DNA from: an uncultured Candidatus Micrarchaeota archaeon
GTDB taxonomy: Archaea > Micrarchaeota > Micrarchaeia > Micrarchaeales > Micrarchaeaceae
Assembly (NCBI GenBank): GCA_963741095.1
Contig: CAVUGN010000005.1
Coordinates: forward strand, 1-64,000
Direction of reading: 5' to 3'
Length of the DNA stretch: 64,000 nucleotides
In this document: in pieces, positions 33,377 through 41,969 of the stretch
How the letters are laid out: every line of letters begins with the position of its first letter
Position numbering within the stretch: the first letter of the stretch is position 1
Notes under the pieces: generated by a model
Seen by the model: the letters and a program-made list of their open reading frames with translations, nothing else
Told to the model about the DNA's origin: nothing
Databases searched by the model: none
Translations under genes and position numbers: made by a program

Positions 33377-34057
33377 ATGGACAGCGTTCAGGCAATAAGC
33401 TCGATCAGTGCTATTTACGACAGATTCCTCGTTACCCGGAATCTCAGGAGGCACATGTTCAGGGTGGCGTCCGTCGCGGAGATGGTCTGCGACAACTGGA
33501 AGGGCGCGCCGCTTGACAAGGACGACGTTGTCGCGGCGTGCTTGCTGCACGACATCGGCAACATAGTGAAGTTCGATTTCTCGAAGGAGAGCACTATCAA
33601 GATGCTTGGGGAAGACGGGAAGAGCATCGCCTTCTGGCAGAAGGTCAAGGACGACATCGTTGCGAGGTACGGAAAGGTCGACAACGAGGTGAACCACAAC
33701 ATGGTCGCGGAATTGGGGATCGATGCCCGTGTACTCTTCCTCGTCGACCACATGGGCGGCATCTTCGAGAACAAGAAGAGAGGCGACGACCGCGAGCTGA
33801 TGGTATGCAGCTACGCGGATTTCAGGGTCGAGCCCATGGGGATCTCAAGCGTGACTGACAGGTTCATGGATTTCGCGAGGCGGTGCAAGGACAGCAGGAG
33901 CCCCGAGATGCGGGCGAGGGGCCTCTTCGTCATCAAGGAGCTGCCGATGGCGCTGGAGATAGAGAGGCAGATATTCGCGAACGTGTCGATCAGGCCGGAA
34001 GGGATCAATGACAAAAGCATTAAGCCTTATCTTGACAAATACATGAAGAATGATTGA
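33377..34057 (+). CDS. HD-domain protein
   Basis: RHMFRV..LLHDIG..YAD. Confidence 0.85.
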   Translation: MDSVQAISSISAIYDRFLVTRNLRRHMFRVASVAEMVCDNWKGAPLDKDDVVAACLLHDIGNIVKFDFSKESTIKMLGEDGKSIAFWQKVKDDIVARYGKVDNEVNHNMVAELGIDARVLFLVDHMGGIFENKKRGDDRELMVCSYADFRVEPMGISSVTDRFMDFARRCKDSRSPEMRARGLFVIKELPMALEIERQIFANVSIRPEGINDKSIKPYLDKYMKND

Positions 34058-34061
34058 TTCT

Positions 34062-34133
34062 GGGCTCGTGGCGTAACGGTAGCGCGCCTGCATGGCATGT
34101 AGGAGGTTGCGGGTTCAAATCCCGCCGAGTCCA
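34062..34133 (+). tRNA. tRNA-Ala(GGC)
   Basis: Acceptor GGGCTCG/CGAGTCC with G3-U70, anticodon loop ATGGCAT, GGTTCAAATCC. Confidence 0.95.
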
Positions 34134-35212
34134 CTTTTACGTTTATAACTGCAAGAATTAGCAGATTTTATCTTGCTTTTGCCTAAAAGGTTGGATATCG
34201 CATTCGACCTGGATTTACAAAGACACGGGATTGACAGGTCTAGCTGCTTCTCTCGCCTGTTCTATGCGAAGCAGTCTGCCCATACTCTCTATATCTTTGA
34301 CAGCGATCTCAAGGCTCTCCAATGCCTCGACCTTCAATCCGTAGTCCTTGACAATTTTGAGAAGAATTGGCGACGCGTCCGCATTGCCGTGCAGTCTCTC
34401 TGCGGCCCGCCCTGCAGCGGTGTTGATCTGTTCCTTGCTCAGCCCCTTCGACATTCTCGTGGCCTCCTTGAATGCACCGAAAGCCAGACATTCCGTGACT
34501 GCCAGCATCCTGTCTTCAGTTTTTGTCAGCAAGCGCTCCAGCTCTTTTGCCTCTTTCCGGTAAATAGCAAGGTTACTGCCGCTGACATAATATGCGAGCA
34601 TCTTTGCCGCATTGGACATCACTTTTTCGGCGCCGAGATTGTGTTCGCTAGCTATGTTAAACAGGCATCGGTAATCGTATAGCCCTACATTTTTTCCGGA
34701 ATTGATTTCGTCATCCATCATGATGAGCTTTGTCGCGTATGCCTTCTCGGCGGCTGAGATCTCCTGCTCTCTGCTGAGGTACAGTTTGGCTACATCCAAA
34801 GCATGCAGAAGATACGATAACGGAGTGATTCGACGGTTGTCGCCAGGTTCCAACGTGCTCAGATCCTGGTTATAAACTTTCAAAGCGATCGCTTGCTTCT
34901 CCTCGGTTGTGAGACTGCCCCCGAGAATCTTGGAGTCGTTAAGCATAATCCCACCTCCCCTAATGCACGTTTCGAATTTCTCTAGCAGTTCCGCATGAAC
35001 CGAATTAGCTACCTGCGCATTGCCCTTCGAACCATCCGAGCCGGTTTTTTGCTGCATCATCATATCACTTAAACGCGATTAAGAGGTGAGCAAAAGAGAT
35101 ATTTAAGTGTCGTGTCTGGCTTCGACAATCGACGATTTCTTAAGAGCTTCTTAAAGATCACACCATATCTTACCATTAGATAATTTAAGGACAAAATGTC
35201 GCCGAGTCCACT
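34123..35212. mobile_element. Single-gene micro-island at the tRNA-Ala 3' end
   Basis: CGCCGAGTCCACT at 34123-34135 and 35200-35212. Confidence 0.65.
34215..35063 (-). CDS. Hypothetical helical-repeat protein
   Basis: 282 aa; GLSKEQINTAA and IVKDYGL resemble the 4645 repeats. Confidence 0.8.
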   Translation of the reverse strand: MMMQQKTGSDGSKGNAQVANSVHAELLEKFETCIRGGGIMLNDSKILGGSLTTEEKQAIALKVYNQDLSTLEPGDNRRITPLSYLLHALDVAKLYLSREQEISAAEKAYATKLIMMDDEINSGKNVGLYDYRCLFNIASEHNLGAEKVMSNAAKMLAYYVSGSNLAIYRKEAKELERLLTKTEDRMLAVTECLAFGAFKEATRMSKGLSKEQINTAAGRAAERLHGNADASPILLKIVKDYGLKVEALESLEIAVKDIESMGRLLRIEQAREAARPVNPVSL

Positions 35213-35271
35213 CCTGCTCCCTTTATGAAGTCGTCAATTGGCTAATCCGGAAGCAAGCCTTAAATATCTTC
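35095..35271. promoter_or_regulatory. Divergent pair of 40-bp promoter modules
   Basis: Minus 35095-35134 CGTCGATTGTCG-N15-CTTAAATATCTC; plus 35232-35271 CGTCAATTGGCT-N15-CTTAAATATCTTC. Confidence 0.8.
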
Positions 35272-35288
35272 CAAGCCGGTAGTATAAC

Positions 35289-35873
35289 ATGGCAACTATA
35301 GCGGTTTCCCATGGTCAGCAGCTCAATGCACAGGGCCATGAAAGGATGGCGGCTTGGCTTGGCAGTTGCGGGCCGGAGATCAGGAGCCAGCCGGAGGCGC
35401 AGAAAGAGAGGCTCTTCGTCCTGAGCGAGATCAGGCGCGCATGCAAGGACTGCGACTTCAAGGAGAGGGCTATGGCAGTGGAATCTTCGAAAGATGGCAA
35501 GACTTCGGATATCGTTTACCGCTATGACACTTGGGCCTACGGAAAGTTCGAAGTCAGGCTGACATCAGGCGAGCTGTCCGTGGAGATCAAGACGGATTAT
35601 TCGGTCGAGGAATTGACGCTGCATTCGAATTCATATCTGTACAGGAACTACATAAACGCGCTCATACCGGTCAGGCAGCACCTGAACGGCATAGGGATAG
35701 ACCCGGTGTTCTTGGCCAGCGATGGCACGAGGATAGAGAACTTCCCTAGCGCGAAGATAAAGAAGGCTGAAGAGGGCAATGCGCCTTCTAACCACAACGT
35801 GCCTGTTGACGACGAGCACCAGGAGTTCATTCACGATGCCCATTCCGGGAATTGGTATGGCGTGCCGAAATAA
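35289..35873 (+). CDS. Hypothetical protein
   Basis: 194 aa following a motif promoter. Confidence 0.75.
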   Translation: MATIAVSHGQQLNAQGHERMAAWLGSCGPEIRSQPEAQKERLFVLSEIRRACKDCDFKERAMAVESSKDGKTSDIVYRYDTWAYGKFEVRLTSGELSVEIKTDYSVEELTLHSNSYLYRNYINALIPVRQHLNGIGIDPVFLASDGTRIENFPSAKIKKAEEGNAPSNHNVPVDDEHQEFIHDAHSGNWYGVPK

Positions 35874-35909
35874 ATGATGCAAGCACAATCTAATCTATGA
35901 TTGGGATCG

Positions 35910-36344
35910 ATGATTGGGATGAAGGAGTTCTTATCGTACGGGTCCCTGAGGGAGGGCTTCTACAATTTCAACAAATTCAGTGCGGAAGGCGAAGTAAGGA
36001 GGGTGGGGGGAGGGATCGCAAGAGGCGTTGACCTTTATTACAACAAAGAATTCTCCTACCCCGAAGCCTGCAAGGGCCGCGGTTCGGTGGTTGTCGATAT
36101 AATCCGCACGGACGAGACTACGTACAATAGGATGGCGCAGATGGAGATCGAGGCCGGTTATGTCGAGAGTTCTATCTATGTTAATGGAAAGGCGTATCCC
36201 ATCTTCCTGAGCAAGGAGGTGCCCGAATCGCCTTGGAGGATGGTTACTGATATGGAGGTGGCGGATTGGGCGATCGTCGCCAACAAGCTGTTCGAACCGG
36301 GCGAACGCGGGCGGTATCAGAAAAGCAGGCTGAAAAGCGCATAG
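35910..36344 (+). CDS. Gamma-glutamylcyclotransferase (AIG2-like) family protein
   Basis: FLSYGSLREG, YP, E...GY. Confidence 0.75.
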   Translation: MIGMKEFLSYGSLREGFYNFNKFSAEGEVRRVGGGIARGVDLYYNKEFSYPEACKGRGSVVVDIIRTDETTYNRMAQMEIEAGYVESSIYVNGKAYPIFLSKEVPESPWRMVTDMEVADWAIVANKLFEPGERGRYQKSRLKSA

Positions 36345-36367
36345 GAGTAATTGCATGGGTGTAAAGC

Positions 36368-36928
36368 ATGGGTGTAAAAAAGATCGGGGAGAAAGCGGTT
36401 TTCAGGACAAGGAGGTTTACCGTCTTTGACGCTGAATTGGAGATGAACGGCAAGAGGGTGAGCAAACCGTACATAAAGCAAAACGATTGTTCAGAGATAC
36501 TTGCGATAAACGGGAAAGGGAATGTCGTGCTGATAAGGTCCTACAGGCCAGAAATCGATTGCTATGTGTATGAACTCCCCGCGGGCACGCTCAAGGATGG
36601 CGAGGACGCGAAGAGGGGCGCTATAAGGGAGCTTGAGGAGGAAACCGGGTATAGCGCGAGAAAGATTGAGTACCTTTTCGGCGGCTATCCGCTACTGGGC
36701 TATTCTGACTGCAAACTCCATTTCTTCCTTGCGACCGGCCTGAAGAGAAAAAAACAGAAACTCGAGGACGACGAGTCGATAACCGTCAGGGAATTCAGAC
36801 CTGGAGAGGTCCTGAAGATGATCAGGAAGGGCAGGATAAAGGACATGTGCGTCCTTACGGCAATGCAGCACTACTTCTATGTGCTTGATCAGGGCAGGAA
36901 GAGCGTCATGTACGCCGATCCCGATTGA
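36368..36928 (+). CDS. NUDIX hydrolase (ADP-ribose pyrophosphatase-like)
   Basis: ELPAGTLKDGE..GAIRELEEETGY. Confidence 0.92.
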   Translation: MGVKKIGEKAVFRTRRFTVFDAELEMNGKRVSKPYIKQNDCSEILAINGKGNVVLIRSYRPEIDCYVYELPAGTLKDGEDAKRGAIRELEEETGYSARKIEYLFGGYPLLGYSDCKLHFFLATGLKRKKQKLEDDESITVREFRPGEVLKMIRKGRIKDMCVLTAMQHYFYVLDQGRKSVMYADPD

Positions 36929-36930
36929 CC

Positions 36931-37428
36931 TTACGCGGTCTGCTTGGCCCCGCAGGTCGGGCAGAAGGCGAAGTTGTGCGCGACCTTCGAGCCGCACTTT
37001 GTGCAGTAGGTGTAGTCCTCGATGGAGCCGAAATTTTCCGGGGCGTCCTTCGAGATCTTCTTGTTCAGGAAGCTGGCCAGCTCCTCGGCACCTTTGTGGT
37101 AAAGGCCGGAAAACTCTTCCTCGGTCCGATTGTCGGATACGGGTGCCTGGTCCGCAACGCCGATGACATGAAGGTGTATGGTCGATGAGAACACGCCGCG
37201 CTCCAGCCGCACGGTGGTCAACTTGACATAAGGGATGATCTCGATGGTCTTCTTGAGGCCCAGCTGCTCCTTGTACAGCACTATCAGCCGCATGTTCGTG
37301 GCTATCAGTTGCGTGGGGGTGAATGCGGCCCCGCCGGGGCCGAAGTGGCGCTGCCTCACGGTCATCTGCACAGTCTCGTTAGGCAGCAGTTGGGTCCTTA
37401 TGTACCCAACCACGTTGTGATCGATCAT
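36931..37428 (-). CDS. Bacterial PH domain plus zinc-ribbon protein
   Basis: LIATNMRLI..; CTKCG..FCPTCG. Confidence 0.85.
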   Translation of the reverse strand: MIDHNVVGYIRTQLLPNETVQMTVRQRHFGPGGAAFTPTQLIATNMRLIVLYKEQLGLKKTIEIIPYVKLTTVRLERGVFSSTIHLHVIGVADQAPVSDNRTEEEFSGLYHKGAEELASFLNKKISKDAPENFGSIEDYTYCTKCGSKVAHNFAFCPTCGAKQTA

Positions 37429-37608
37429 TCAAGCACGCTTGCGATGTGAGGATATTGCTTCGCGCGCATCTAAATAACCTATAGTTTTTGCAGATGCCGC
37501 TTGCAGGGCAGGGCAATCTCGATGTGAAAATCAGGATTTTGGAGGGAAATGCCAGCGATCTGCACCCTTGGCGCCCCATGCGGACTCATGCCCCGCAGCA
37601 TCAGCGCC

Positions 37609-38277
37609 TCACTGCCTGAGCAGGTGGTCCGAGGCCACAGCAAACGTCCTGAAATCCTTTATGACGTTGTGCACCAGCATGTCCTTGAGCATCTTGGCTG
37701 GGATCATGTGGACCTCCATCAGTGTCTCCTCGTACTCCAGCCTTTGCTCGCCCTTCGTCAGCTGCGTCGCAGCCACCACGGTCTCGCTCTGGTCGAACCG
37801 GAACGGGGCAAAACTCATGTCTCTCATTATGATGTCCAGGCTGCCTGCCCTGTAGCCGGTCTCTTCCTCAAGCTCCCTTGCCGCAGCCTGCGTGACGGTC
37901 TCGAGGACCTTCATGCCGTTGAGATTGATCTGCTTTGCGCCGCCCGATGGGAATTCCAGGACCCATCCCCTTATTGCAGGGTGCGGCTTGAATACGAAAA
38001 CCAGGTACTGCTCGTTGTTGACATCGAGCACGGGTTTTACGGTAACTCCGGCTCCGGATTTGATTACTGCCCACTCGCCGGATATCCTGCCCTTCGGCGA
38101 TATCGCGGTGTACGCCCTGCCCGAGATCGTTATCCTTTGGCCGGGCCCGGAGCTTTCCCATCTATCGTTTGTCACTTCCACCCTGTAGCCGGTCTCCCTG
38201 CCCCTCAGCATGTTGTCGACCAGCGCTACGCTTGCGGCAACCTGCTGATCAAAAGCCTTGCTTGCTGATTCCGTCAT
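37609..38277 (-). CDS. NUDIX hydrolase with N-terminal extension
   Basis: EFPSGG...AARELEEETGY; motif promoter at 38305-38344. Confidence 0.85.
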   Translation of the reverse strand: MTESASKAFDQQVAASVALVDNMLRGRETGYRVEVTNDRWESSGPGQRITISGRAYTAISPKGRISGEWAVIKSGAGVTVKPVLDVNNEQYLVFVFKPHPAIRGWVLEFPSGGAKQINLNGMKVLETVTQAAARELEEETGYRAGSLDIIMRDMSFAPFRFDQSETVVAATQLTKGEQRLEYEETLMEVHMIPAKMLKDMLVHNVIKDFRTFAVASDHLLRQ

Positions 38278-38421
38278 CTGCTCCCGTCATAAGTATGGCG
38301 GTCATGAGATATTTATGCGTCGTGTCGGGCTTCGGCAATCGTCGTTAATGATATGGGAAAAGGCATGGCTGGCGCTGGAGCGTTGCAAAAGAAAAAAGAA
38401 GAAAGGAAGTAAGGGAAGCCC

Positions 38422-38805
38422 TTACTTCATCATTGCCATGCCCATGCCGAACCAGCCGATCACGAATCCGATCACGGTCAGCCACATGTTCATCGACCAG
38501 CCCGCTCCGCCCGTTATTGCAGCCCAGGCAAGTATCGCGAGGGACGTCGCCATCATGGTCTTCTTTATGCCCATCATCGGCATGTCGGAGCTCATGAAGT
38601 AGCCCACCAGGCTCGAGAAGAACAGGGTTATGGATCCCAGCACCGCGACCGCGTAAAGCAGGGGCGCCCATATCCCGTATCCCAGTCCGTTTCCTAGGTT
38701 CGGCGCCGCTGCAGACAGTGGCCCGAATACCACATACAGGAAGATCAAACTGGCTAGGAACATCAGTGTCGTAGCCATCGTCTTGTTCTGTTGTTTTGCC
38801 GCCAT
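38422..38805 (-). CDS. Four-TM membrane protein
   Basis: Four hydrophobic segments. Confidence 0.75.
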   Translation of the reverse strand: MAAKQQNKTMATTLMFLASLIFLYVVFGPLSAAAPNLGNGLGYGIWAPLLYAVAVLGSITLFFSSLVGYFMSSDMPMMGIKKTMMATSLAILAWAAITGGAGWSMNMWLTVIGFVIGWFGMGMAMMK

Positions 38806-38906
38806 TCCATCACGGTATTACAAAACAGGATAGCTTTTTAAAGCTTTCTATGGAGTACGTCAATTTGTTCACGGAGGAGAAGCTGCAGGCGTTGTTCCGC
38901 TATTCT

Positions 38907-39290
38907 TCAGATTATTATGGATTCGAGCCTTCTCGCTATCGCCTGCGCGGTCTTCCTGGTCACGGTGTAGTTCTTCTCCGTCTTCTTCATCTCGCTAAGC
39001 TTTATGAAGAACCAGCTCTCGCCGTTCATGCGCCATGCGATGAAGGTCTGCATGCCGCTGTTCCGCTCCCATTCGTACAGGGATTCGTACTTGTCCTGCT
39101 CTATGGAGACGCTCGAGCTCTCCCACGCCTTGCACTCGAACGCAAGGCCCTGGCCGTTCTTTATCGCTATTATGTCCGGGCTTATCGAGTTGACTCCCGA
39201 GCCGGCCGACCTCATGACGGAGTATCTCTTCTCGTAGAGGGTGTTCAGCAGTTCCCTCTCGCTCCTGGCGCCCTTGGAGTATCTCTGCAC
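38907..39290 (-). CDS. hjc: Holliday junction resolvase Hjc
   Basis: KGARSEREL, RSAGSG, PDIIA, ECK. Confidence 0.92.
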   Translation of the reverse strand: MQRYSKGARSERELLNTLYEKRYSVMRSAGSGVNSISPDIIAIKNGQGLAFECKAWESSSVSIEQDKYESLYEWERNSGMQTFIAWRMNGESWFFIKLSEMKKTEKNYTVTRKTAQAIARRLESIII

Positions 39291-39379
39291 GGAATCACAC
39301 TAGTATAGCGCAGAAAAGTTTATAGCAGTGAACCATGAAAATGCGCAACTTATATATCGCTGTGCATCGATGGTATACC

Positions 39380-39649
39380 ATGCCGAAATCAAATAATAAC
39401 GCGCAAAAATCGGACATGTGCTGCGGAGGGATGGTCGGGATGATGGTCGCATCGGTGCTCATACCTGCGATACTCCTGGTGGGATCGCTCGTCTGGGTGG
39501 CGTTCTACGCGAGCGGCTACAGCCTCTTCCAGAAGGTGGTGATAGTCATCATAGCTATGATTGTCATATGCGTCGCCGAATCGCTGCTATGGATGGTCTG
39601 GGCCGGCAAGAAGGGGATGGGGTACTGGATGCAGCACAAGCAGAAGTAG
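39380..39649 (+). CDS. Small two-TM membrane protein
   Basis: Two hydrophobic helices; YSLFQK. Confidence 0.7.
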   Translation: MPKSNNNAQKSDMCCGGMVGMMVASVLIPAILLVGSLVWVAFYASGYSLFQKVVIVIIAMIVICVAESLLWMVWAGKKGMGYWMQHKQK

Positions 39650-39673
39650 CCGCACCTGCGCCGTCACTTCGCC

Positions 39674-41236
39674 TCACTTGAGGGTGGTCTGGCCCGCGCC
39701 GGTCTTTTCGCCCAAAGCGGCGGCTATGCCTAGCCTGTTCTTTACCATCATGACGAGGTCGCGCATGCGCTTCTCGCGCATTCTTGATATCATCAGGTAG
39801 GTCTCGTCCTTAGTCCCTTTTGTTACCAGGATGACCACCTGGCCGAACTTCATTCTCCCCGCCCTGCCCCTGCGCTGTATGTTCCTTATCTCGTTCGGTA
39901 TCGGCTCGTAGAATATGACGGTATCGACGCTCGGGATGTCCAGGCCCTCCTCCCCTATCGAGGTTGCGACAAGGACCTTGAACTTCCCGTCCCGGAAGTC
40001 CTTTATCGTGTCCTGCTGCTGCGCCTGCGTCACCCCTTCCTTCTTGCCCACGAAGGCCTTGGATGCCACGCCTGCCTTCTCTATCACCTCTGCAAGCTTC
40101 TTTATCGTGGACCTGAACTGCGCGAATATTATCACGGTCTGGCCTTTCAGCTCGTTGTTCAGCAGCTTCGCCACCAGCGCCATCTTCGGGTGCTCCTCGC
40201 CCTTGTCAAGTGCATCCTTGGCAATCTTCTGGGCGCGCATGACAGCCGCGTTGGAGAGTATGCTGCGCACCGCCCTGCTCTTCTCCTCGCGCTTCTCTAG
40301 CGCGTTCATGTAGCTCACGAAGGGGTAGAGCCCCTCGGAGCTCACGAGGTCGTGGGCGTGCACCAGGTCAAGCACGTACGTGTAGTCGTAGAGCGCCATA
40401 AACTTGTAGTTGCTCGCGCTTATCTTCGATATCGTGTCGCCGAGGTCGAGCAGCCTCCCTTTCGGCATGTTCTCGAACTTCTTGAATGGGCTGAGGCCGT
40501 GCGAGTACATGTTGCCCAGATGGTCGTCTATGACCGGCTTGAGGAAAGAGGTTATCTCGTTTATCGTGGCGCTCTTCTCGACGTACATGGTCGCTATGTC
40601 CTTCCTCATCACGTAAGGCTCCACATCGAGATCCGTGGTTATCCTTATCTCTATGTTCGTTATCCCCAAGGTCGTTATGAGGGAGTCTATCTTCTTCCTG
40701 TCGCTCCCGGGCGAGGCGGTGAGGCCGATGAGCTGTATTCCCTTCAGCTTGCACTCGTCGGCTATGTAGGTGTAGGCGTACCTTCCGACAGCCCTGTGGC
40801 ACTCGTCGAATATGACGACCGCGAAGTCTTCGAGCGACAGCCTGCCTTTCTTCAGGTCGTTAGCGACCGTCTGCGGAGTGGCGGCTATGACCTTCACGCT
40901 GTTCTCCAATTCCTCGCGCTTCTTGCCGCTGATGCTTCCGGTCAACAGCAGCAGCATGCTCTGGTCGATGTTGAGCAGCTTCGACAAGGACTCGTAGTGC
41001 TGCTCGCTCAGGGGCTTCGTGGGAGCCAGGAGTATCGCCTTCTTGCCCTCGTGCAGGGCCCTGGCGATCGCGAACACCGCTATGAGCGTCTTTCCCAGGC
41101 CAGTCGGCAGTACCACGAGCGTGTTCATCCCCGAATAGGCGCTCTTTGTTATGTTGATCTGGTAGGCCCTGGGTTCCATCGAACCCATGTTGACAAGCCT
41201 CGTGTACGGGGCCAATTCGTCCCAGGATAATGGCAT
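39674..41236 (-). CDS. Hef/FANCM-like DEAH helicase (helicase part only)
   Basis: LPTGLGKT, DECH, TASPG, EEGLDI, QRRGRAGR; start MPLSW. Confidence 0.92.
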   Translation of the reverse strand: MPLSWDELAPYTRLVNMGSMEPRAYQINITKSAYSGMNTLVVLPTGLGKTLIAVFAIARALHEGKKAILLAPTKPLSEQHYESLSKLLNIDQSMLLLLTGSISGKKREELENSVKVIAATPQTVANDLKKGRLSLEDFAVVIFDECHRAVGRYAYTYIADECKLKGIQLIGLTASPGSDRKKIDSLITTLGITNIEIRITTDLDVEPYVMRKDIATMYVEKSATINEITSFLKPVIDDHLGNMYSHGLSPFKKFENMPKGRLLDLGDTISKISASNYKFMALYDYTYVLDLVHAHDLVSSEGLYPFVSYMNALEKREEKSRAVRSILSNAAVMRAQKIAKDALDKGEEHPKMALVAKLLNNELKGQTVIIFAQFRSTIKKLAEVIEKAGVASKAFVGKKEGVTQAQQQDTIKDFRDGKFKVLVATSIGEEGLDIPSVDTVIFYEPIPNEIRNIQRRGRAGRMKFGQVVILVTKGTKDETYLMISRMREKRMRDLVMMVKNRLGIAAALGEKTGAGQTTLK

Positions 41237-41335
41237 ATGATGAATTCGGAGTATAGGTTTATATCGTATATCGTTAGGGCTACCGATGCCACCCAGTAGC
41301 TTTATATTTGTTTTAGGGCATACGTATAGCGCCGT

Positions 41336-41409
41336 GCCGCAGTAACTCAACCCGGGAGAGTGTTCGCCTGAAGAGCGAAATGTTGCAGGTTCAAATCCTG
41401 CCTGCGGCA
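41336..41409 (+). tRNA. tRNA-Phe(GAA)
   Basis: Acceptor GCCGCAG/CTGCGGC, anticodon arm TTCGC-CTGAAGA-GCGAA, GGTTCAAATCC. Confidence 0.95.
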
Positions 41410-41412
41410 ATC

Positions 41413-41841
41413 CTAATTTGATGACGTGTTCAGTGCCACGGCATCGCGTATGATGGTTTTCAGAGCCTTCTCGTCGATCTTGTCGCCTTCGTGGAAGTCT
41501 ATGGCGCGCCACACCTTGGCCTCGAGGCTGGAATTGAAGAGGCGCGATGGATCCTCAAGCGAGGCGCCCCTTGAGAAGGTCATCTTTACGGAATTCTTGT
41601 AGATCTCGCAGGTGCAGATCTGCCCGTCGTGGGACCAGACCACTGTGCCCAGGGGATTGGTCGGCTTTATCCACTTTACCTCCTCGACTGCGTTGGGGTC
41701 GGCCTGCTTGACCAAGGCGCGGAGGCGGGAGAGCATCTCGCCGCGCCAGTCGCCTCTTAGCTCCTGGAGCCTTGCATCTATCTTTTTCCCCGAGACCTGC
41801 TTTCGTATCTCTCTTTCATACTCGGCTTGCCTCTTGGTCAT
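41413..41841 (-). CDS. DUF1801 (YdhG-like) protein
   Basis: EEVKW..P..VWSHDG.ICT..F.RGASL.DP.RLFNSSL. Confidence 0.88.
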   Translation of the reverse strand: MTKRQAEYEREIRKQVSGKKIDARLQELRGDWRGEMLSRLRALVKQADPNAVEEVKWIKPTNPLGTVVWSHDGQICTCEIYKNSVKMTFSRGASLEDPSRLFNSSLEAKVWRAIDFHEGDKIDEKALKTIIRDAVALNTSSN

Positions 41842-41969
41842 CGCACCACGATAAAATCTTTCTTCCCATCATATTAAAAGTGATTCCGCATCTTCATTGG
41901 AATGGATTGCCGCGTGCGAAACCTCTTATAGACGTTCTGGTGCTATAATAAAAAGATGCGGGAGCTAAA

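Noticed and set aside
41237-41512. N-terminal extension of the helicase ORF
   Set aside because: It reads through tRNA-Phe antisense and DUF1801; the plausible start is MPLSW at 41236
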